NCBI RefSeq assembly: GCF_003668955.1
Contig: NZ_RAWO01000002.1
Span: 599,605 to 663,604 of the forward strand
DNA length: 64,000 nt
Direction of reading: 5' to 3'
Origin: Corallococcus sp. AB038B
GTDB taxonomy: Bacteria; Myxococcota; Myxococcia; Myxococcales; Myxococcaceae
Shown here: positions 28,090-38,587 of the stretch, in pieces
Layout of the letters: each line of letters begins with the position of its first letter
How positions within the stretch are numbered: position 1 is the first letter of the stretch
Made by a program: the position numbers and the translations under genes
Notes under the pieces: model-generated
Databases searched by the model: none
What the model was told of the DNA's origin: nothing
What the model saw: only the letters and a program-made list of their open reading frames with translations

Positions 28090-31000
28090 ATGCCCTCCAC
28101 GCAGCCCATCGATCCCGCTGTCGCGATGCTGGCGCCCTACATGCCGGCGGCCATCCTCGCGCGGCTTGGGAGCCAGGATGCGGACGCGCTGCCCCGGGCG
28201 GAGGGCGTGCGGGGCGCCATCCTGCTGCTGGACATCGCGGGCTTCACGCCCATCGTGGTGGGGCTGAGCGGCGCGGGCCCTCGCGGCATCGACGCGCTCC
28301 AGCGCCTGCTGACGAACTACTACACGGAGATGATCGACGTCGTCCGCGACCACGGCGGGGACATCTACCAGTTCGCCGGCGACTCCATCCTCGCGTGCTT
28401 CGAGTCCGCGCCCGAGGAAGCGGACGCGGACGTCGTGCAGCGAGCGGCGGTGTGCGCGCTGGGCGTGCAGCGCAGGCTGGCGCGCTTCGCCCGGCTGGAG
28501 CTGTTGGGCCAGCGCTTCGGCGTGTCGTCGCGCATCGGAATCGGCTTTGGTGAGGCCACCCGCATCGTGATGGGCACCACCGGCCTGTGGATGCACCCGG
28601 CGCTCGTGGGAGAGCCGCTGGCGCAGGCGGTGGGCGCGGAGAAGCAGGCCACGGTGTCGGAGGTCGTCTTGAGCCCGCGCGCCTGGGCGGCGCTGCCGGA
28701 GTCCGCGCGCAGGGGCGATCCACGCGAGGGTGGCAACCACCGGCTGGCGCTCGACGCGCCGGTGGAGTCGGTGAAGCGCCCGCTGCCCGCGCCCACGGGC
28801 GGGGCGGAGCTGGTGGGCCGGTGCGCGCTGCTCCTGCACCCGGTGCTCTTCACGAAGATCACCACCGCGCACCAGGAGTTCGCGGGCGACTTCCGCGACG
28901 TCACCTGCTTCTTCGTGCGCTTCACCCACGCGCAGGCGGACACGGATCCGGACGCGTTCACCCACGACCTCAACGCCTACTACGAATACGTCCAGCGCGA
29001 GTCCGCCCACCACGGCGGCGTGCTGCTGATGACGGACTTCACGGACAAGGGCAACGTGCTCTACGTCCTGTTCGGCGCGCCCACCGCCCAGCAGAACAAG
29101 GAGGTGCTGGCGTGCCGGCTGGCCTGCAAGCTGCTCAAGGCCCGGGAGCAGTTCCCCTTCCTGGATGAGCTGCAGATCGGCATCGCCACCGGCCACGCCT
29201 ACTGCGGCGACATGGGCTCGCCCACGCGCAAGGGCTACTCGGCGCTGGGCGAGGTCGTGAACATGGCCGCGCGCCTGATGACGCACGGCGGACGCCAGGA
29301 CGGCGTGCACCTGTGCGCCAACACCCAGTCGCGCTCGCAGCAGGGCGGCTTCGCCACGGAGTTCGTGGAGGACGCGAAGCTCAAGGGCGTGTCGCGCACG
29401 GTGCCGGTGTACCGGCTCTTGGGGGAGACGCGCCGCAGCCTCTTCATCAAGGGCCGGGGCGACATCATCGGCCGCAGCCGCGAGCTCAACGTGCTGCACG
29501 CGTCGCTCAACGCGGCCTTCGCGGGCCAGGGCCGCGTGAGCGTGGTGTCCGGCGAGGCGGGCATCGGCAAGTCGCGGCTGGGCGCGCGCGTGTTGGAGGA
29601 CGCGGAGGAGGGCGGCGCCCGGGCGCTGTACGGCGTCTGCTACTCCTACGAGGCCTTCACCCCCTTCTTCCCCTGGAAGGAGGTGCTGCTCCAGGCCTTC
29701 GGTCTTCACGACTCGGACGACACCGAGGCGCAGCTCACGCGCCTGCGGCAGGGGCTGGACGGCCTGGAGGACGTGGGGCCGGAGTGGATTCCCGTGGTCG
29801 CGGGCATCCTCGGCATGTCGCTGGAGGAGACGTCCGCCACGGCGGGGATGGACGCGCGGCGCAAGCAGCAGAAGGTGTTCCAGATCGTCTTCCAGCTCCT
29901 GGAGAAGCTCAGCCGCGCGCAGCCGCTGCTGCTCTACTTCGAGGACCTGCACTGGGCGGACTACATCTCGTTGGACCTGCTCCAGTACCTGGCGGTGCGC
30001 GTGGGCTCGCACCGCATCATGGTGCTGGCGACGATGCGCCCGGGCGACCAGCTCCGCGGTCTGCGCGAGCTGCCGGAGTTCGTCCCGGTGGACCTGACGA
30101 GCCTGGACGAAGAGGACACGCGGGCGCTGCTGCGCGTGCACCTGCGCCTGTCGCCGCCGGACGTCGCGCTGGAGGACCGGCTGCTCGCGAAGGTGCAGGG
30201 CAACCCGTTCTTCATCGAATCCATCGTGGAGGGCCTGGCGGAGCAGGGCTACCTGGGGCCGGTGGAGCCCGGCTCGCCGCGCATGGAGGTGAAGCGCGGC
30301 CTCCAGGACCTGCTGCTGCCGGACTCCATCCAGGACGTGGTGCTGTCGCGCATCGACCTGCTCAGCGAGACGGAGAAGCTGGTGGTGAAGGTGGCGTCCG
30401 TCATCGGGCGCATCTTCACGCTGGACGCGGTGGTGGCGCTGGTGCCCACGCTGGGGAGCAAGGTCCTGCGCGAGGCCATGGACACGCTCCAGCGCCTGGG
30501 CCTCATCCTGCTGGAGACGGAGGAGCCGTACACCTGCCTCTTCAAGCACATCGTCATCCGCGACGTGGCCTACAACACGCTGCTGGTGTCCGCGCGTGAG
30601 GACCTGCACCGCCGGCTCGCGCGCTACCTGGAGGCCCGCGCCAACGACAACCTCGCGGGCTCCGCGGGTCTGCTCGCGTTCCACTTCCTCGCGGGCAACG
30701 TGGAGGACAAGGGCCTGGCGTACACGCTGATGGCGGCCCGCAGCGCGCGGGCGCAGTACGCGAACGACGACGCGCTCTACCACTACAACCGGGGCCTGGA
30801 GCTGCTCGGCACCGTCGTCCCGGTGGACCCGGAGGTGACGCTCCTCCAGACGCGCCGGGTGATGCAGGAGCTGGCGGAGACGTTGCTCCAGGCGGGCCAC
30901 TACGCCAACGCCATCCTGATGTTCGAGCAGTGCCTGGTGGACGAGGAGGAGCCCCCGCTCCAGGCGGAGCTGCACCTGGGCCTGGGCCGCGCGCACCAGG

Positions 31001-32391
31001 AGAAGGGCGAGTCCGCGCTCGCCACGCAGCACCTGGAGAAGTCGCTGGTGTTGAGGGGCCGCAGCCTCCCGGGGAGCCTGGCCGCGCTGGGCCTGCGCAC
31101 GCTGGCGAACCTGGTGCTCCGGGGGCTCGCGACGCTGCTGCCCTTCATCCTGCGTCCGCTGCCGGCGGCGAGGCTGGGCAACTACCTGCAGCAGCTGTCC
31201 ACGCTCAACTCGCTCATCCGCATCTACTACTTCGCGGACATCACCAAGCTCACCTGGGCGACGCTGGTGTCCACCAACATGGCGGAGCGTTCGCGCAACG
31301 ACTACGCCATGAGCATGGCGCGCGGTTACTACGGCACGCTCCTGTTCGGCGCGGGGCTGCTCAAGCGCTCGCGCTACCACTGCGAGAAGGCGCTGGAGTA
31401 CGCGCGCCGCTCCAAGGATCCGGTGGCGGAGGGGCTCGCGCTCAGCCGCCTGGGCATCCAGGCCTTCTTCGCCAACGAGCTGGAGCGTGCGCGGGAGTTC
31501 CAGGAGGAGGCCGTCTCCACGCTGCGCCAGGTGGGCGAGCGCTGGGAGCGTCAGACATCGCTGATGATGCAGGCCACGGGCGAGTTCCTCCACTCGCGCT
31601 TCCGCCCGGCGGTGGCGCTCTACGAGCAGATGGGGACCATTGGCGTGGAGCTCAACGCGCTGATGCACCAGGGCTGGGCGCACTCGTGGGCGCCCATGTG
31701 CCGCTACCTCATGGGCGAAGGCGACGTGGGCGAGCTGTGCGCGGAGCTGGAGCAGGGCCTGCGCATCAGCGAGGAGGTGGCGGACCTGGCCAACCAGTGC
31801 GCCAGCTTGAACCACCTGGCCAACGTCACGGTGCGCGAGCACCAGGTGGAGGAGGCCGCGCTCGTCGCGGTGCGCTGCTTCGAGAGCATCTGGAGCTACC
31901 AGGTGCTGGTGCCCTTCCTCCAGGTGGGGTTGGTGGACGCGGCGGAGGCGGCCCTCTTCGCGCTGGAGGAGGGCGCCACGGTGGTGCCGCGCAAGAAGCT
32001 GCTGAAGGTCGTGCGGCTGTCCTGCCTCAAGGCGCGCGTCATCGCGCGGCTCTATCCGTACCTGAAGGGCCCGGCGCTGCGCGTGACGGCGCGCTCACTG
32101 GCCCTGCGCAAGGGCCCCAAGGCCGCGGAGCCCGTGTTCCTGGAGGCCATCGCCGTCCTGGAGAAGAGCCCCAACCGCTGGGAGACGGGCGTGGCCTACT
32201 TCGACGCGGCGGTGGCGCTGCCGAACCGGCGCGAGGAGTTCCTCGCCCGAGCGCGCGCCATCTTCACGGAGGTGGAGGCCCGCGCGGAGCTGCGCCGCAT
32301 GGACCGCTTCCAGGCCACCCTCCAGGCCCCGCCGGTGGAGGCGCTTGTTGCTCCCCAGGCCTCAAAGCCCCGTGACGCTCGCGTGATGTGA
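28090..32391 (+). CDS. Tandem class-III nucleotidyl-cyclase domains + STAND/AAA NTPase + TPR/SLR array (1433 aa)
   Basis: Cyclase 1: LLDIAGFT…FAGDSILACF. Cyclase 2: CFFVRFT…IGIATGHAYCGDMGSP…GEVVNMAARLM. Walker A: VSGEAGIGKSRL. Helical repeats follow to the C-terminus. No HTH domain. Confidence 0.85.
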   Translation: MPSTQPIDPAVAMLAPYMPAAILARLGSQDADALPRAEGVRGAILLLDIAGFTPIVVGLSGAGPRGIDALQRLLTNYYTEMIDVVRDHGGDIYQFAGDSILACFESAPEEADADVVQRAAVCALGVQRRLARFARLELLGQRFGVSSRIGIGFGEATRIVMGTTGLWMHPALVGEPLAQAVGAEKQATVSEVVLSPRAWAALPESARRGDPREGGNHRLALDAPVESVKRPLPAPTGGAELVGRCALLLHPVLFTKITTAHQEFAGDFRDVTCFFVRFTHAQADTDPDAFTHDLNAYYEYVQRESAHHGGVLLMTDFTDKGNVLYVLFGAPTAQQNKEVLACRLACKLLKAREQFPFLDELQIGIATGHAYCGDMGSPTRKGYSALGEVVNMAARLMTHGGRQDGVHLCANTQSRSQQGGFATEFVEDAKLKGVSRTVPVYRLLGETRRSLFIKGRGDIIGRSRELNVLHASLNAAFAGQGRVSVVSGEAGIGKSRLGARVLEDAEEGGARALYGVCYSYEAFTPFFPWKEVLLQAFGLHDSDDTEAQLTRLRQGLDGLEDVGPEWIPVVAGILGMSLEETSATAGMDARRKQQKVFQIVFQLLEKLSRAQPLLLYFEDLHWADYISLDLLQYLAVRVGSHRIMVLATMRPGDQLRGLRELPEFVPVDLTSLDEEDTRALLRVHLRLSPPDVALEDRLLAKVQGNPFFIESIVEGLAEQGYLGPVEPGSPRMEVKRGLQDLLLPDSIQDVVLSRIDLLSETEKLVVKVASVIGRIFTLDAVVALVPTLGSKVLREAMDTLQRLGLILLETEEPYTCLFKHIVIRDVAYNTLLVSAREDLHRRLARYLEARANDNLAGSAGLLAFHFLAGNVEDKGLAYTLMAARSARAQYANDDALYHYNRGLELLGTVVPVDPEVTLLQTRRVMQELAETLLQAGHYANAILMFEQCLVDEEEPPLQAELHLGLGRAHQEKGESALATQHLEKSLVLRGRSLPGSLAALGLRTLANLVLRGLATLLPFILRPLPAARLGNYLQQLSTLNSLIRIYYFADITKLTWATLVSTNMAERSRNDYAMSMARGYYGTLLFGAGLLKRSRYHCEKALEYARRSKDPVAEGLALSRLGIQAFFANELERAREFQEEAVSTLRQVGERWERQTSLMMQATGEFLHSRFRPAVALYEQMGTIGVELNALMHQGWAHSWAPMCRYLMGEGDVGELCAELEQGLRISEEVADLANQCASLNHLANVTVREHQVEEAALVAVRCFESIWSYQVLVPFLQVGLVDAAEAALFALEEGATVVPRKKLLKVVRLSCLKARVIARLYPYLKGPALRVTARSLALRKGPKAAEPVFLEAIAVLEKSPNRWETGVAYFDAAVALPNRREEFLARARAIFTEVEARAELRRMDRFQATLQAPPVEALVAPQASKPRDARVM

Positions 32392-32469
32392 CGCGCCTGA
32401 CGCATTCCTTGTCCCGTCAGGCGGGGCCCCTAGACTGCGTGCTTCTCCTTCGACCTCACGCACCGGGCC

Positions 32470-33300
32470 ATGATCACCGCGCCGCTCCGCTTCCAGCTCA
32501 GTCCCGTCATCGTCATCTACATGCTCGTGGTCCACGGGCTGGCCGCGCTGGCGTTCTTCCTGCCCTGGCCGCCGTACGCGCTGCCGGTGGCGCTGGCCGT
32601 GTACGTGTCCATTGGCCTGGGCACGACGGTGGGGCTGCACCGGCTTCTATGCCACCGCGCCTTCGCATGCCCCCGCTGGGTGGAGTACGCGCTGGTGTCG
32701 GTGGCCATGCTCACCGCGCAGGGCAGTCCGCTCCTGTGGGCCGCGAACCACCGGCTGCACCACGCGAAGGCGGACGCGGACGGGGACGTGCACTCGCCGC
32801 TGCGCGGCTTCTGGTACGCGCACATGGGGTGGATCCTCAACGAGTCCTCCACGGAAGAGGACGGCTGGAGCACCTGGTGCCGCGACATGGCGGACGACCG
32901 CTACTACCACTGGCTCTTGCGCTACCGCATCGCGCCGCAGGTGTTGGGGGTGCTCTTCGTGGGGCTGACGTTCGGCTGGCGCACGGTGCCCGCGTACTTC
33001 TTCCTGCCCGTGGTGTGCTGGATGCAGAGCACCTACGCGGTGAACTCCGTGTGCCACGCGGCGTTCGGCAAGCGCGTCCACGACACGCGCGACCACAGCC
33101 GCAACGTGTGGTGGGTGAGCGTGCTCGCGCTGGGCGAGGGCTGGCACAACAACCACCACGCCTTCCCCGCGTCCGCGCGGCACGGTTGGGTGTGGTGGCA
33201 GTGGGACCCGGGTTGGCTCTTCATCCGAGCGCTCCAGGTCCTGGGGCTGGCGTGGGACGTGCGCCTGCCGTCCCGGATCAGGTCAGGACCTGCGGCGTGA
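32470..33300 (+). CDS. Acyl-CoA (Δ9-type) fatty-acid desaturase
   Basis: His boxes HRLLCH, HRLHHAKAD and HNNHHAFP, with four TM helices. Stearoyl-CoA desaturase family. Confidence 0.85.
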   Translation: MITAPLRFQLSPVIVIYMLVVHGLAALAFFLPWPPYALPVALAVYVSIGLGTTVGLHRLLCHRAFACPRWVEYALVSVAMLTAQGSPLLWAANHRLHHAKADADGDVHSPLRGFWYAHMGWILNESSTEEDGWSTWCRDMADDRYYHWLLRYRIAPQVLGVLFVGLTFGWRTVPAYFFLPVVCWMQSTYAVNSVCHAAFGKRVHDTRDHSRNVWWVSVLALGEGWHNNHHAFPASARHGWVWWQWDPGWLFIRALQVLGLAWDVRLPSRIRSGPAA

Positions 33301-34695
33301 GGCCCAGCGCGGGCATCCGCTCCGCGTCCCACGCCTCGATGGCATCCAGCCCCGCGATGTAGCGGCGCTCCTTGTTCTTCACCGGGTTGCGGATGCTGAC
33401 GATCTCCGGCCCGGAGAAGAGGATGGTCTGCTTGTAGCGGGGCAGGTCGCTCATCATCAGCTTGGACGCGTAGTGCCGCGCGATGTTGGGCAGGCTGCCC
33501 AGCGTGTGGCACAGCCGCTGGAAGTGCTCCACCACCTCCGACGCGTGCATGTTCTTGGGCCGGTGGCACAGCGTGTAGCCGTCGTAGTCGCGGCTGGTGG
33601 TGCCGGGCAAGAGCCGGTCCTCGGCCTTCAGCTCGCGGAAGAAGGGCGTCTCCGGATACGGGCACACGATGCCCAGGAACGTGACGGAGAAGTACTTCAG
33701 GTCCGCCAGGTAGTCCGGCAGCCGGTGCAGATACTCGTTGGTGTCTCCGTCCGAACCGACGATGAGCCCGAACGACAGCAGGATGCCGGCGGAGAAGACG
33801 CGGCGGATGACGGCGTCCACCTCCGACAGCTTGTTCTGCCCCTTGTTCATCGCCTTGAGCGACTCCGGGTTGAGCGACTCCAGGCCGGTGTAGACGTAGC
33901 GGCAGCCCGCCTTCGCCATTAGCTTCACCAGCGAGTCGTCCTTCAGCACGTTGAAGGTGAGCGCGCAGCCCCACGTCTTCTTCAACGGGATGAGCGCCTC
34001 ACACAGCGCGCGCAGGTACTTGGGCGAGCCGCCCAGGTTGTTGTCGAGGAAGACGAACGCGTCCCCCATCAGCCCCAGGAAGTTCGGGTTCCAGCGCATG
34101 CGCGTCTGGATTTCGTCGATGACCTCCGGAATGGGCCGGAAGCGGTAGCGCTCGTGGCCGGTGAGCACGCAGAAGTTGCACGTGAAGGGGCAGCCGCGCG
34201 ATGCCTCGATGCCCGGCAGGCGCACCTTGTTGTTCGTGAAGTCGATGAGCTCGTAGCGGTACGGCCGGATGGCGGCGGCGCCCTGCGACGGCAGGCTGTA
34301 GCGGGGCTTGAGCTCGCCCTTCTCGAAGTCCGCGATGAGCGCGGGCACGTTGGACTCCGGCTCCCCGGTGATGACCGCGTCGAAGTACTTCGCCGCGTCG
34401 TCGGGGAAGTGGCCCGCGTGCCGGCCTCCCGCCACCGTCGTCATGCCGCGCTGACGGAAGAGGGTGGAGAGGACCTTGGTGTGCTCGTAGTACGAGTGCA
34501 GGTACGAGAAGAAGACGAGGTCCCAGTGCCGGTCCAACGGCAGCTCCGCCTCCTTCTCGTTGAAGATCTCCACCTCCGCGTGCTCCGGGCACAGGCCCGC
34601 GATGAGCTCCGGCACGGAGGACTGCATGATGGAGGGTTCCTTGATTCGCAGCCGGGTCGGATGGGTGTACGTGGCGATGATGGCGATGCGCATGC
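33278..34695 (-). CDS. B12-binding radical SAM enzyme
   Basis: N-terminal cobalamin-binding Rossmann region (MRIAIIATY…), then CPFTCNFC (CxxxCxxC). Its 3' end overlaps the convergent desaturase by 23 nt. The ORF is open to 34738. Confidence 0.8.
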
Positions 34696-34914
34696 GTGCG
34701 GGCCCGGCGGCGGCGCGGACGAAACGAGGCGCGCTCACGTTCGTGTTTTCACCTGCCGGACCGCGTCCCCCTTCGTCGTCGGAGGATCACCCGGAGTCCG
34801 GGCGGTGGCAAAGGATCTCCATCGCACGCGCCGCACTCCGCGTGTTTCCGGTGGCAGCGGACGACCCAGGAGGACCTATCTCGTGTGGGGGCCGTGCTGA
34901 TAGATCTTTGAAAC

Positions 34915-36702
34915 ATGGATACTTCTCCTTCGCCAGCCGCCCCGGGTTGGCCGTTTAAGCGTTACTTCTGGATTTCCATCGTGTTCGCGGTGGCGCTGGG
35001 CGCGCTCGCGTTGCGCTCGGGGTTCATGCCGGATGACTTCATCTGGCTGGGCGTCTGGGACAACATTCCGCCGCCCGCGCCGCTGGGGAACACGCCCCTG
35101 GACGTGTACCGCACGGCCACGGGCATCCCGGAGCACACGCTGCACCTGGCGCAGGTGGGCGTCTTTCCGTGGTGGGTGGAGCCCACCGTGCGCGTCGCGT
35201 TCTTCCGGCCCCTGGGCAGCCTGCTCTACGGACTGGACCACGTGCTCTACAACCGCGTGGCCGTGGCCTACCAGTTCCACTCGTTGCTCTGGTACGTGGG
35301 CCTGGTGGTGCTGGCGGGCGTGCTGCTCAAGCGCGTGCTGCCCACGGCGGTGGCGGGCGTGGCGATGTTCCTCTTCGCCATCTGGGGCTCGCACGCGGCG
35401 GTGCTGGGCTGGCTGTCCTACCGCAGCGTGGTGATGTCGCTGCTCTTCGGCATCCTTGGCATCTTCCTCCACGTGAAGTGGCGGGAGGAGAAGCGCACGA
35501 GCACCCTGGTGGGCGCGCTGGTGTCCTTCGCGCTGGCGCTCCTGTGCGGCGAGACGATGGTCATCCTCAGCCCGTACGTGCTGGCCTACGAGGCCTTCTC
35601 CGGCCCGGGGCAGGCGAAGGACAAGCTCAAGGGGCTCATCCCCTTCGGCGTGCTGATGGCCCTCTACTTCGCGGCGTACCGGGCCATGGGCTACGGCGCG
35701 GGCGGCTCGGACATGTACCTGGACGCTCTGGGCACGCCCGTGGCGTGGTTCCAGGCGATGCTCGGGCGCGTCCCGGCCGCCATCGCGGGCCTGACGCTGA
35801 ACGCGCCCCCGGACTTCATCTTCGACCAGTCCCTGGTGCCCCTCTTCACCATCCTGGGCGCGGTGGGTTTCACGCTGTTCGCGCTGCTGGTGTGGGGCGT
35901 GTGGCCCCGGCTGGAGTCCGCGGAGCGCCGCACGGTGGGCTGGATGCTGACGGGCGCGTTCGTGGCCACGTGGATGTCCAACTCCGCCTTCGCAGGCTCG
36001 CGCACGCTCATCGTGCCCAGCCTGGGCATGGCGGTGGGCCTGGCCGTGGTGCTGCGCCACGCGTGGAAGGGGCGGGCGAAGACGTTCCGCGCGGGCGCGG
36101 TGCTGGCCGGCGCTGCGGTGATGGCCCTCATCCACGTCGTGGGCTCGCCCTACCTCTGGTGGCAGACCATGGAGCAGTACTCCCAGGCGGACGCGCTCAT
36201 GGGCCGCGTGCAGGCGCGCTACGAGGAGGCGTTCGATCAGACGAAGCTCTCCAATCAGCGCGTGGTGGTGCTCAACGCCCCCAACGGCATCATCGGCATC
36301 TACGGCTCCGTGCGCTGGTGGTCCTCGGGCAATCCGCTTCCGAAGGCCTGGTGGGTGCTGTCCTATTCGCTCTACGAGCAGAAGGTGACGCGCACCGGCC
36401 CGAACTCAGTGGAGCTGGAGCTCACCAAGGGCGGCCACTTCCTGGACTCCGTGGAGGAGCGCATCCACCGCGCCGCGCGCCACCCGGTGCACAAGGGCGA
36501 CGAGTTCGACATGAAGGGCATGATGGTGAAGATTGAGGAGGCGGACGCGGAAGGACCCACGCGCATCTCCTACACCTTCGATGTGCCGCTCGAGGACCCG
36601 TCGCTGAAGCTGGTCCAGTGGCAGAACAAGAAGGTGGTGCCCTGGGTGCCGCCGGCCGTGGGTGGACCGTCGTCGTCCCTCAACGTCCGCGTCGTCCAGT
36701 AG
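34915..36702 (+). CDS. Polytopic membrane protein, GT-C (ArnT/PMT-like) putative glycosyltransferase fold, with a C-terminal soluble domain
   Basis: 595 aa: about 12 N-terminal TM helices, then a ~170-aa hydrophilic C-terminus. The family call is tentative. Confidence 0.55.
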   Translation: MDTSPSPAAPGWPFKRYFWISIVFAVALGALALRSGFMPDDFIWLGVWDNIPPPAPLGNTPLDVYRTATGIPEHTLHLAQVGVFPWWVEPTVRVAFFRPLGSLLYGLDHVLYNRVAVAYQFHSLLWYVGLVVLAGVLLKRVLPTAVAGVAMFLFAIWGSHAAVLGWLSYRSVVMSLLFGILGIFLHVKWREEKRTSTLVGALVSFALALLCGETMVILSPYVLAYEAFSGPGQAKDKLKGLIPFGVLMALYFAAYRAMGYGAGGSDMYLDALGTPVAWFQAMLGRVPAAIAGLTLNAPPDFIFDQSLVPLFTILGAVGFTLFALLVWGVWPRLESAERRTVGWMLTGAFVATWMSNSAFAGSRTLIVPSLGMAVGLAVVLRHAWKGRAKTFRAGAVLAGAAVMALIHVVGSPYLWWQTMEQYSQADALMGRVQARYEEAFDQTKLSNQRVVVLNAPNGIIGIYGSVRWWSSGNPLPKAWWVLSYSLYEQKVTRTGPNSVELELTKGGHFLDSVEERIHRAARHPVHKGDEFDMKGMMVKIEEADAEGPTRISYTFDVPLEDPSLKLVQWQNKKVVPWVPPAVGGPSSSLNVRVVQ

Positions 36703-36756
36703 GGCAGGGCAGCAGCAGGTGGCGCGGGGGACTGCTCCCCCGCGCCCGGGCTTTCT

Positions 36757-37782
36757 TCAGCCCACCATCCGAACCACGGCCAGCGTGATTCCGTAGACGA
36801 TGACGGACACCAGCGCGGCCGCGGGGATGGTGAACACCCACGCCCAGATGATGCGGCCGGCGGTGCCCCACTTCACGGCGCGCCAGCCGCGCGTGGAACC
36901 CACGCCGACGATGGCGCCGGTGATGGTGTGCGTGGTGGAGACGGGGATGCCCAGCTCCGCCAGCGCGATGATGGTGACGCCGCCGCCCGTCTCCGCGCTG
37001 AAGCCGCCAATGGGCGCCAGCTTCGTGAGGCTGTGGCCCATGGTGCGGATGATGCGCCAGCCGCCGAAGAACGTGCCCATCGCGATGGCGGCGTGGCAGG
37101 AGATGATCATCCACCAGTCGATGTGGAACGGGCGGTCGCGCCAGATGGTGCCGAAGAGCACCACCGCGATGATGCCCATGACCTTCTGCGCGTCGTTGGT
37201 GCCGTGGCTGAAGGAGAAGATGGCGGACGACACCAGCTGCAGCCGGCGGAACCAGGTGTCCACGCGCAGCGGCGTCTGACGGTGCACCGCCCAGGTGCTG
37301 GCCAGCATCATCCCGATGCCCAGCGTCATGCCGATGAGTGGCGACAGCACGATGAAGGCCGCGATGCGCGCGATGCCGCTGCCCACCAGGCCCTCGAAGC
37401 CCAGCACGGGCAGGGTGGCGCCAATCATCCCGCCCGCCAGCGCGTGCGACGACGAGGAGGGCAACCCCCACCACCAGGTGAGCAGGTTCCAGACGATGGC
37501 GCCCATCAGCGACGAGAAGATGACCATCAGCACCGCGGTGGGGCCGGCGGCGCGGAGCATCTCGAAGTTGATGATGCCCTTGCCCATGGTGTTGGCCACG
37601 TGCACGCCGCCCGCGAAGGCCGCGATGAAGTTGAAGAACGCGGCCCAGGCGACAGCCAGGTTCGGCGACAGCACGCGCGTGGACACCACGGTGGCGATGG
37701 AGTTCGCCGCGTCGTGGAAGCCGTTGATGAAGTCGAAGACGAGCGCGACGATGACGATGGCGACGACCGCTGCGAGCAGCAT
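36757..37782 (-). CDS. Inorganic phosphate transporter, PiT family
   Basis: FINGFHDAANSIATVV and the repeated GTNDAQK motif, characteristic of PiT. Confidence 0.9.
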   Translation of the reverse strand: MLLAAVVAIVIVALVFDFINGFHDAANSIATVVSTRVLSPNLAVAWAAFFNFIAAFAGGVHVANTMGKGIINFEMLRAAGPTAVLMVIFSSLMGAIVWNLLTWWWGLPSSSSHALAGGMIGATLPVLGFEGLVGSGIARIAAFIVLSPLIGMTLGIGMMLASTWAVHRQTPLRVDTWFRRLQLVSSAIFSFSHGTNDAQKVMGIIAVVLFGTIWRDRPFHIDWWMIISCHAAIAMGTFFGGWRIIRTMGHSLTKLAPIGGFSAETGGGVTIIALAELGIPVSTTHTITGAIVGVGSTRGWRAVKWGTAGRIIWAWVFTIPAAALVSVIVYGITLAVVRMVG

Positions 37783-37783
37783 C

Positions 37784-38410
37784 TCAGCTGTGCTCCAGCA
37801 CGACGCCCTCGATGACGTTGGCCACGCCCTGGCACTTGTCCGTGGCCGTCTCGATGAGGTCGTAGATCTCCTTCCACTTGATGATGGTCAGGGTGTCCAC
37901 GCCGCTCTTGAACAGCCGGCCCATGCCCGCGCGCAGGACCTCATCCGCCTGGGACTCCAGGTGTTTGATCTCCTTGCAGCCCGCGAGGATCTGCTCCGGC
38001 TTCTTGATGAGCCGCAGCGCCGCGACGACCTCCTGCACCTTCAGCGTGGAGAGCACCAGCAGCCGCGCCAGCTCCGTGGCATCCGCCCGGGTGGATTCAA
38101 TCTCGTAGTACAGCAGGCGAGCCGCCGCCGCGTTGGTCAGGTCCAGCACGTCGTCGATGCGAGACAAGAGCGTGTGGATCTGCCCCCGGTCGAACGGGGT
38201 GATGAACTGCTGGTGGAGCCGGTTGAAGGCCGTGTGGGTGACCTCGTCGCCCTTGTGCTCCACGTCCTTGAGGGCCTGGACGCGCTTGGGCACGTCCCGG
38301 AAGTCGCCCAGGAGTTCGTGTAGGAGCTTTGCTCCCTCGACAGTTCTGGCGCATTGCGCGTCGAAGTCGTCGAAGAACTCGTCCGACTTCGGCATCAGCT
38401 TTTCGAGCAT
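37784..38410 (-). CDS. DUF47/PhoU-like Pit accessory protein
   Basis: 208-aa helical protein sitting 1 nt upstream of the PiT gene, the canonical pairing. Confidence 0.85.
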   Translation of the reverse strand: MLEKLMPKSDEFFDDFDAQCARTVEGAKLLHELLGDFRDVPKRVQALKDVEHKGDEVTHTAFNRLHQQFITPFDRGQIHTLLSRIDDVLDLTNAAAARLLYYEIESTRADATELARLLVLSTLKVQEVVAALRLIKKPEQILAGCKEIKHLESQADEVLRAGMGRLFKSGVDTLTIIKWKEIYDLIETATDKCQGVANVIEGVVLEHS

Positions 38411-38587
38411 GGGGATCTCCCTCGGCGCCTGGAGGGACAGGAGCTGTCAGCCGCGGGAGGGTGGTGGCGCCTCTTTGGGGTGACACTCCCGTGACGCGGG
38501 AGTGACTACCCTACCTGGAGAGATTCGCCAGTGTTCCGTGTGAAAACGCACGGATTCCGAGGGGTTGCGCTTGACGCAGGCCGCCGC

